From an uncultured Candidatus Saccharibacteria bacterium (GTDB lineage Bacteria > Patescibacteriota > Saccharimonadia > Saccharimonadales > Saccharimonadaceae), in NCBI GenBank assembly GCA_963529085.1, contig CAURWW010000004.1, positions 1,504 to 65,503 on the forward strand: a DNA stretch of 64,000 nucleotides, written 5' to 3'. Under the pieces are notes generated by a model that searched no databases, was not told where the DNA came from, and saw nothing but the letters and a program-made list of their open reading frames with translations. Positions 58,570-64,000 of the stretch are shown one piece after another. A program made the position numbers and the translations under genes. The number at the start of each line of letters is the position of its first letter. Position 1 is the first letter of the stretch.

Positions 58570-59997
58570 CTATTTCTTCAAGAACTTAGATTTTATCTGT
58601 TCAATTTTTGAAGTAATCTTGCTTTTAATTTCTCCTGCTGACTCAGTTGCAGTCTTCAATTCTTGACGACTTCGCATGTAATATGCTATTCCACTAGTGA
58701 GTGCCATAACAGCAATAACCATTGCGGCAGCTTCAGCTGGACCAGTTTGTGGAAGCTCACCTGGAACTTGCGCACATTTTTTATCATTAGCATTTAAATG
58801 CTCTAATCCTGGAATTTTACATTTTTCGATTCCGCCCTCTTTACAATTTGGATCACCTTTTTTGAGGTGAGTTTTTCCAGGGATTGGACAAGGATCTTCT
58901 CGCTCCTTTGGCGAACAATCTTTTTGAACAGTAATAGTTGCTGTATCTTGTTTTGCGCCGTTCAGAGTGTGAATTTGTCCAACATTCTGAATATTGTTCA
59001 CACCACAAGCTAGCTTAGAAGAATCTACTTCTGCAGTAAATACTATATATGCTTCAGTACCTACTCCATAATTACCAATGTTAATTCCTTTAGAGAATAA
59101 ATCATCGTTTATGATTTTACCGTTTGGATTATTAGCGTTGAACAATTTTGTTGTCCCCGCAACATATTTCATGCCTGCTGGTAAAACATCTTTTAGCTGC
59201 ACATTATTTTGCCAAGTTGTTCCTAGGTTCTTGTATGCAATTTTGTAGTCAACTTTTTCACCCAAATTAGCTTTTTTAGTTTTAGACCAGTTATTTTTAC
59301 CATGATCAGATACAGTTTTATTTACGCTAAAGTCTGTAAAATCAGCCTTAAATCGATAAGTCACATAACCAGAATATTCTGTACAACCAGGAACAATTCC
59401 ATTTAAATCGCTATATCCCAACAACGCACCTTCAGAAAAAATCTTTGAAGGAAGTTTTTTACCATTTATCGCACCGTTACTATAAACAGTTGCTGAATCC
59501 GGTACATACTTCAAAGCAACATCACGCTCCGGAGAGCTTACTGCTACATGATCCCAAACTGCACTTGGACTTGCGTTCGAAGCAGAAATCGTAGATGTAA
59601 TATCAACATTCTGACCCTTACGAATAATTGAAGGCATTTTGGCAAGCATTTTTACGTCCCTTGCGATACCTTTATGGCCATGCTCTGCAGTATTTAATGA
59701 AGAGCTAGCATTGTTATGGAAGAAAGTATAAACTTCATATTCCTTCCCTGGTACAATTTTTGCGCTATCAACATAACCAGTCTGGCCAACTTCCTTGATT
59801 CTGACAAAGTTACGTTCGTCACCAACCTTAGGGTTATTGGTCATCGAGTTGAATGTTACATAGTCTGCTGGCTTCTCACCAACAAAAGTTTTTCGCTCAG
59901 GCCCATAAGCAAAGACGCTCTGGATAGATAACGATGTGACAACTAGGATTGCGCTAAGCGCAAGTCCTAGTTTTTTAATGTTTATATTGTTTAGCAT
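58570..59997 (-). CDS. Secreted surface protein with DUF11-like domain, Cys repeats and LPQTG sorting-like signal
   Basis: Signal peptide ending VFA; GEKVDYKIAYKN...NVQLKDVLPAGMKYVAGT; CPIPGK...C / CKIPGL...C; ELPQTG + TM + basic residues. Confidence 0.82.
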   Translation of the reverse strand: MLNNINIKKLGLALSAILVVTSLSIQSVFAYGPERKTFVGEKPADYVTFNSMTNNPKVGDERNFVRIKEVGQTGYVDSAKIVPGKEYEVYTFFHNNASSSLNTAEHGHKGIARDVKMLAKMPSIIRKGQNVDITSTISASNASPSAVWDHVAVSSPERDVALKYVPDSATVYSNGAINGKKLPSKIFSEGALLGYSDLNGIVPGCTEYSGYVTYRFKADFTDFSVNKTVSDHGKNNWSKTKKANLGEKVDYKIAYKNLGTTWQNNVQLKDVLPAGMKYVAGTTKLFNANNPNGKIINDDLFSKGINIGNYGVGTEAYIVFTAEVDSSKLACGVNNIQNVGQIHTLNGAKQDTATITVQKDCSPKEREDPCPIPGKTHLKKGDPNCKEGGIEKCKIPGLEHLNANDKKCAQVPGELPQTGPAEAAAMVIAVMALTSGIAYYMRSRQELKTATESAGEIKSKITSKIEQIKSKFLKK

Positions 59998-60015
59998 TTA
60001 TTTTTCCTTTTTGTC

Positions 60016-62322
60016 TTAATTTGTTGGAGGTAAATCTATTACTGTTCCGTCCGCAAGAGTTACTCTATTTGGATTTTGAATATTTTCCGCGACCTCATCT
60101 GTTTCAGCTTGGCGTGCTGCCGCCTCTTGATTCTGGCGATCAATTTCAGCTGATTGACCTGCTACACCAGCATCTTGCTGTTCAAGATTCGGATTGTATT
60201 GATTATCAGCTTTTTGACCATTATAGGTGTTTCCGTAGTCAACCCCAAGGTTTGGCGTCTCTTGGCCAATTTGAGGAGCCGCCTTATAGGTGTAGTCCAA
60301 CTCAGAAGAACGAGTCGAGTTATCTTCTCTAAATTCACCTTTATCCATTGGTGTGACTTCATCTCCAGCTTTTTGCTTGCTCCAGTCTTTCTTCTCAAGG
60401 TCTTTCGGCTTGTCTGGAGTTGGAGGTGGGGTTTCTTCTCCGGGGTTATTTGGTTTGTCTGGAGTTGGAGTATTCGGTGTAATTTGAATTTCACAACCTC
60501 GAGGAGCCCAAGAATTAAAGTTATGACCAGTCTTTACCGTCACCCCCTGACTACAATTAGTTCGTTCATCATATGACTTACCTTCTTTTAATGATCCATC
60601 TGTATTTTTAGATCGCAATTTAATTGAGCGCATTTTTCCGCCGATTCTCAAGTCTCTGGCATGAGCAAGTCGTTGCATTCCATTAGAATCCTTAATTATA
60701 TATTCAGAATCAAATATCCCTGGAATTTCAGTTTCTTCGCCAATAATAGCATTTTCAACAGCTTTCTTATAGAAATCCTGAACCTTTTTAAAGAGTGCTG
60801 GATCTTTTGTCATTTTATCGGCAATTTCATGGAGCTGATCATCAGTTATATCTCCATCACCATCATGGTCCAAAAATTCTGGAATCAACCCTGCATGGTC
60901 AAGCTTAGTTAACATCATAATTGGATTAGTCGAAACTTCATTAGCTAAGAATTTTCGATAGTCATCTGTCGATAATCCTTCTCGACTGGCAGAAAAGTTT
61001 TCAAGATATTCCTTCTGCGGCTTCTCAGTTTCATAAATATCTTTATCCGCACTATATCCTTCAAGATTCTTTTCGGCGTCCTTATTATTTTCTAGGACAT
61101 CCTTTATAGCACTATCATATTTGCTCTTATCTTGATTCGACTGGTTATTATTGGTAACATGCTCGGTTCTAGGATCGTTATTACTAGATGAATCATATTC
61201 ATTAGCACTAGCTGTTAATCTACCAATCATAAAACCACCTACACCAACGGCCCCGACTGCAGCACTACCTAAGAGTACTTTTACGGCTTTTCTAGTTTTT
61301 GGATGTTTATCCAGGAACCTTCCGATCTTCTTTCCTAATTTTCCCCAATATTCTTTAGCTTTTTCTAGCTTTGACGGATCTTTATCTTCATTGATTTCAT
61401 TAGGCTCACCACGCTCTGGTTTCTCTATCGCCGAAATATAATCATTCATCAATTTATATCTAGGGGTATTTCTCTTATATAGGTCAGAATTACCGATCTC
61501 GCCTTTAGCTCTATATTTCGATAGCTCATCAAAATACATTTCGGCAATTTCACGCAATTGATCTGGACTAGCGCCATTAAGCGCAGCTTTATCGAATTGA
61601 TCACTAATTTCATCAAGTTTAGATTGATCATCACTAACAAATTCTGCATTATTTTCTTTAGAGATTTTGATGTGGTTTTTTGAATTTTTAAGCTTTTCAA
61701 GGTTCTCTTTGTCGATTTTATAACTTTGAGCAACCTGTTTATTAATCTTTTCGTTTATATCTTCAGGCTCTGAATTGGTTACAGGCTCTGCATCAACTTT
61801 AGAGCCTGTGTCGTTTTTTGAAAATTCCACTTCGCTAACAGATTTACCGCCGTTGATGATGCCTTCAATATAGCTATCGATAATGTCAGCTCTTCCGCCG
61901 TATCCATTTTCTTTTTTCTTATTGAGAAGGGCATTTAGCATTTTTTCTCGACTTTCGACTATAGCTCTCGCAGCTTCGATTCGCTGTTTGACTTGGTGAT
62001 ATTCCGTCATTGACATATTTTCGTCAAGGAGAGATTCCAATTTCGAAATTTCACTATTTTTGTCTCGAATTTCCATTGCATAGTTTTCCATATGATCAAC
62101 AGGCAATTTTTTTCGGAACTTTTCTTTGATGTTGTTTATATTGTCAAAGAACGCCTTATTTTGACTATCGTCATATCGAGACAAATCCTCCTTTTGCTGC
62201 GCAAGCTCTAATTGACGACGCATTAGCTCTTCCTGTTGTTGCCGCAACATTTCTTCTTGAAGAACGACGTCGTCCCAAGCGCTATGCCTTTCGCCGGTAG
62301 GATTGAACTTATCTTTGTTCAT
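60016..62322 (-). CDS. Large single-pass membrane hypothetical protein (768 aa)
   Basis: Charged N-terminal half, central TM (VLLGSAAVGAVGVGGFMIG), DHDGDGD Ca-binding-like loop, PTPDKP repeats. Confidence 0.8.
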   Translation of the reverse strand: MNKDKFNPTGERHSAWDDVVLQEEMLRQQQEELMRRQLELAQQKEDLSRYDDSQNKAFFDNINNIKEKFRKKLPVDHMENYAMEIRDKNSEISKLESLLDENMSMTEYHQVKQRIEAARAIVESREKMLNALLNKKKENGYGGRADIIDSYIEGIINGGKSVSEVEFSKNDTGSKVDAEPVTNSEPEDINEKINKQVAQSYKIDKENLEKLKNSKNHIKISKENNAEFVSDDQSKLDEISDQFDKAALNGASPDQLREIAEMYFDELSKYRAKGEIGNSDLYKRNTPRYKLMNDYISAIEKPERGEPNEINEDKDPSKLEKAKEYWGKLGKKIGRFLDKHPKTRKAVKVLLGSAAVGAVGVGGFMIGRLTASANEYDSSSNNDPRTEHVTNNNQSNQDKSKYDSAIKDVLENNKDAEKNLEGYSADKDIYETEKPQKEYLENFSASREGLSTDDYRKFLANEVSTNPIMMLTKLDHAGLIPEFLDHDGDGDITDDQLHEIADKMTKDPALFKKVQDFYKKAVENAIIGEETEIPGIFDSEYIIKDSNGMQRLAHARDLRIGGKMRSIKLRSKNTDGSLKEGKSYDERTNCSQGVTVKTGHNFNSWAPRGCEIQITPNTPTPDKPNNPGEETPPPTPDKPKDLEKKDWSKQKAGDEVTPMDKGEFREDNSTRSSELDYTYKAAPQIGQETPNLGVDYGNTYNGQKADNQYNPNLEQQDAGVAGQSAEIDRQNQEAAARQAETDEVAENIQNPNRVTLADGTVIDLPPTN

Positions 62323-62454
62323 TCTGGTCCTTTTCTTTATTTTTATATTTTATTTTCTGGAATTTTCCCTTATGGAAAAAATACCTTCAATTTACTCTTA
62401 GATTTTACCACAAGCATAATAAAAAGTCAAGCTTTTTACTTGACTTTTTATATT

Positions 62455-62961
62455 TTAAGCTGCTTTTTGTAATCCTACAGCCTTCATTACATTTGATAGT
62501 TTCCGTCCTAATGATACGCTTCGAGACAACCCTTTAACCTGATCAATGTTTTCATCAAGTTGAGCCTGTGTTTGGTGTTGGTCTGCACGCATCATAAAAT
62601 CATCCCGACCTTCATAGCTAGCAAATTTCGCCCGATAATTCGATAAATAAACAATCTTCTCATCATAATCTTGTCGGTGAATAATACCAGAACTATCTCG
62701 TCCAGATAGTTCAATTTTTTCTAAAATATCACCTTTAGCTTCTCGACCTTTGTTGTCACTCTCGCCAACCTGTTCATAAATTTTTAGCACCTCTTCATGC
62801 GTCCGATCCTTAGTCGCTTCATGTGCCTTTTTAGCATCTTGAAGCTGCTCCTGAGAAATGTAACTTTGGCGATTTAGATGCTCTAACGAAAGAGTCTGAA
62901 ACTCACTAATTTTTTGCTTTCGGTCCTGATCTTCAAATCTGTTTATCTTAAAATTTTCCAT
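62455..62961 (-). CDS. Hypothetical hydrophilic protein (168 aa)
   Basis: Perfect TTGACA-N17-TATAAT promoter upstream; hairpin terminator downstream. Confidence 0.7.
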   Translation of the reverse strand: MENFKINRFEDQDRKQKISEFQTLSLEHLNRQSYISQEQLQDAKKAHEATKDRTHEEVLKIYEQVGESDNKGREAKGDILEKIELSGRDSSGIIHRQDYDEKIVYLSNYRAKFASYEGRDDFMMRADQHQTQAQLDENIDQVKGLSRSVSLGRKLSNVMKAVGLQKAA

Positions 62962-63089
62962 AATATTTTGTTTTCTTTTTTGTCTTGTTTAATCTATGCT
63001 TCGTATTATAGCATAAGCTAGTTTAATTGTCAATGCTTAATTCAAAAAATCGACCCGATAAGAGCCGATTTTTTGGAAAAAATAATTTC

Positions 63090-63175
63090 TGGTGCTGGGG
63101 GAAAGATTCGAACTTTCGAAGGCATCTGCCGACAGATTTACAGTCTGTTGTGTTTGACCGCTTCACTACCCCAGC
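63090..63175 (-). tRNA. tRNA-Tyr(GTA)
   Basis: GCTGGGG...CCCCAGC-A-CCA, anticodon arm ACAGA-CT-GTA-AA-TCTGT, long variable arm. Confidence 0.96.
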
Positions 63176-63188
63176 AATTTTCATATTC

Positions 63189-63265
63189 TGGAGCCACCTT
63201 TCGGATTCGAACCGAAGGCCTGCTGTTTACAAAACAGCTGCTCTAACCAGCTGAGCTAAGGTGGC
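63189..63265 (-). tRNA. tRNA-Thr(TGT)
   Basis: GCCACCT...AGGTGGC-T-CCA, anticodon arm GCTGT-TT-TGT-AA-ACAGC. Confidence 0.96.
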
Positions 63266-63325
63266 AAAACCAAATACTTTCTAATTATATAGTAAGAGAC
63301 ACCAAAAAGCAATAGGTTTTTATGA

Positions 63326-63766
63326 TTATTTTAATTCTTCTTTCACGATTTTTGCTAGTATCGCTCCGTCAACTGAAGTGCCAAATCTAGTTTTCAGCTG
63401 GCCAATAACTTGTCCCATAAATTTCGGCGATTTTTCTTCTAGTTTTGTGATTTCTTCCTGAACAGCTAATCGAATTTCATCTTCACTAAGCATTTCTGGC
63501 AAATATTTTGAAAGAATTTCAGCTTCTTTTAGCTCATTCTGAGCACGCTCTTCATCTAAAAGAGCCGCAGCTTCTTTTCGCTTTTTAACTTCTCGCGCAA
63601 TCAATACCTCGATTTCAGCGTCCGTAAGTCCAGATTCACGCTTACCAAGTTTAACTTCTTCATTTAAGATTGCTGCCTTAAGCCCGCGAAAAACCGTAGT
63701 CTCAAAATTATTGCGCGCTAGCATTGCTGTTTTTAAATCTGCATTTATTTTATCTTTTAAATCCAT
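63326..63766 (-). CDS. yqeY: GatB/YqeY domain protein
   Basis: DLKTAMLAR, AAILNEE, REVKKRKEA, YLPEMLSEDE, MGQVIG; downstream of rpsU. Confidence 0.92.
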   Translation of the reverse strand: MDLKDKINADLKTAMLARNNFETTVFRGLKAAILNEEVKLGKRESGLTDAEIEVLIAREVKKRKEAAALLDEERAQNELKEAEILSKYLPEMLSEDEIRLAVQEEITKLEEKSPKFMGQVIGQLKTRFGTSVDGAILAKIVKEELK

Positions 63767-63823
63767 ATTCTCCTACTCCTTAGAAAAACAAAAAGTCGGC
63801 TTTGCGACCGACAATTTGTGATT

Positions 63824-64000
63824 TTAGCGAATTCCAAGTCGCATCTTCATAGTTTTTTCAGCTTTTCGCTGGTTGCGAATAATAGCTTTTTTACGACGTT
63901 CGCTCTTACTAATTGGTTTCGAAAATCGCATAGACGCTTTAGCTTCGCTCAAAACTCCACTTTGTAGAACTTTTCGATTAAAGCGACGAATAATATTTTC
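63824..64000 (-). CDS. rpsU: 30S ribosomal protein S21, 5'-truncated by the window edge (absent from the ORF track)
   Basis: Manual translation: ENIIRRFNRKVLQSGVLSEAKASMRFSKPISKSERRKKAIIRNQRKAEKTMKMRLGIR*; conserved rpsU-yqeY order. Confidence 0.9.
   Translation of the reverse strand, partial: ENIIRRFNRKVLQSGVLSEAKASMRFSKPISKSERRKKAIIRNQRKAEKTMKMRLGIR

Noticed and set aside
2183..62472. Numerous other 60-160 aa ORFs nested in or antisense to long genes
   Set aside because: Shadow frames of well-supported housekeeping genes, with no independent motifs or signals
63027..63254. + strand 75-aa ORF
   Set aside because: Antisense to tRNA-Tyr and tRNA-Thr
1..64000. CRISPR array, rRNA, transposase, integrase or prophage
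   Set aside because: I recognised no regularly spaced direct repeats, rRNA-like sequence, or recombinase or phage structural motifs. This was by eye, not an exhaustive search.

Overview
AT-rich, gene-dense chromosomal window. Gene content and protein style fit a Patescibacteria/CPR bacterium, most likely Saccharibacteria (inferred, not proven). It uses the standard code 11 and most genes lie on the minus strand. Most genes are housekeeping: ung (partial), prfA-prmC, ileS, nrdR-ftsZ-ftsA, glyQS, recO, xseAB, rpmA, ctpA/pcsB-like/ftsXE, prfB, mscL, padR-pspC-ABC, murD, secA, hpf, nrdH, serS, ldh, lysS, proS, greA, rseP, frr, htrA, lepB, parAB, rplU, yqeY, rpsU (partial) and three tRNAs (Val-TAC, Tyr-GTA, Thr-TGT). 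Single-gene orphan insertions and surface proteins are interspersed. Main observations: (1) an actinobacterial-style ultrashort-stem-I Ile T-box riboswitch whose first controlled gene is a PD-(D/E)xK/DUF5655-like nuclease lying between the T-box and ileS, with an unusually extended antiterminator stem; (2) a cysteine-free NrdR together with a canonical tandem NrdR-box pair upstream of nrdH, part of a broader loss of structural Cys/Zn sites in cytoplasmic proteins; (3) pervasive leaderless-type gene starts; (4) three LPxTG-like surface protein loci, one of them a pseudogene; (5) a PRTase-like orphan, an orphan VirB6/TrbL-like protein with Cys-rich repeats, and an unannotated 40-aa ORF with a consensus promoter. 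No CRISPR array, rRNA, integrase or transposase was recognised.
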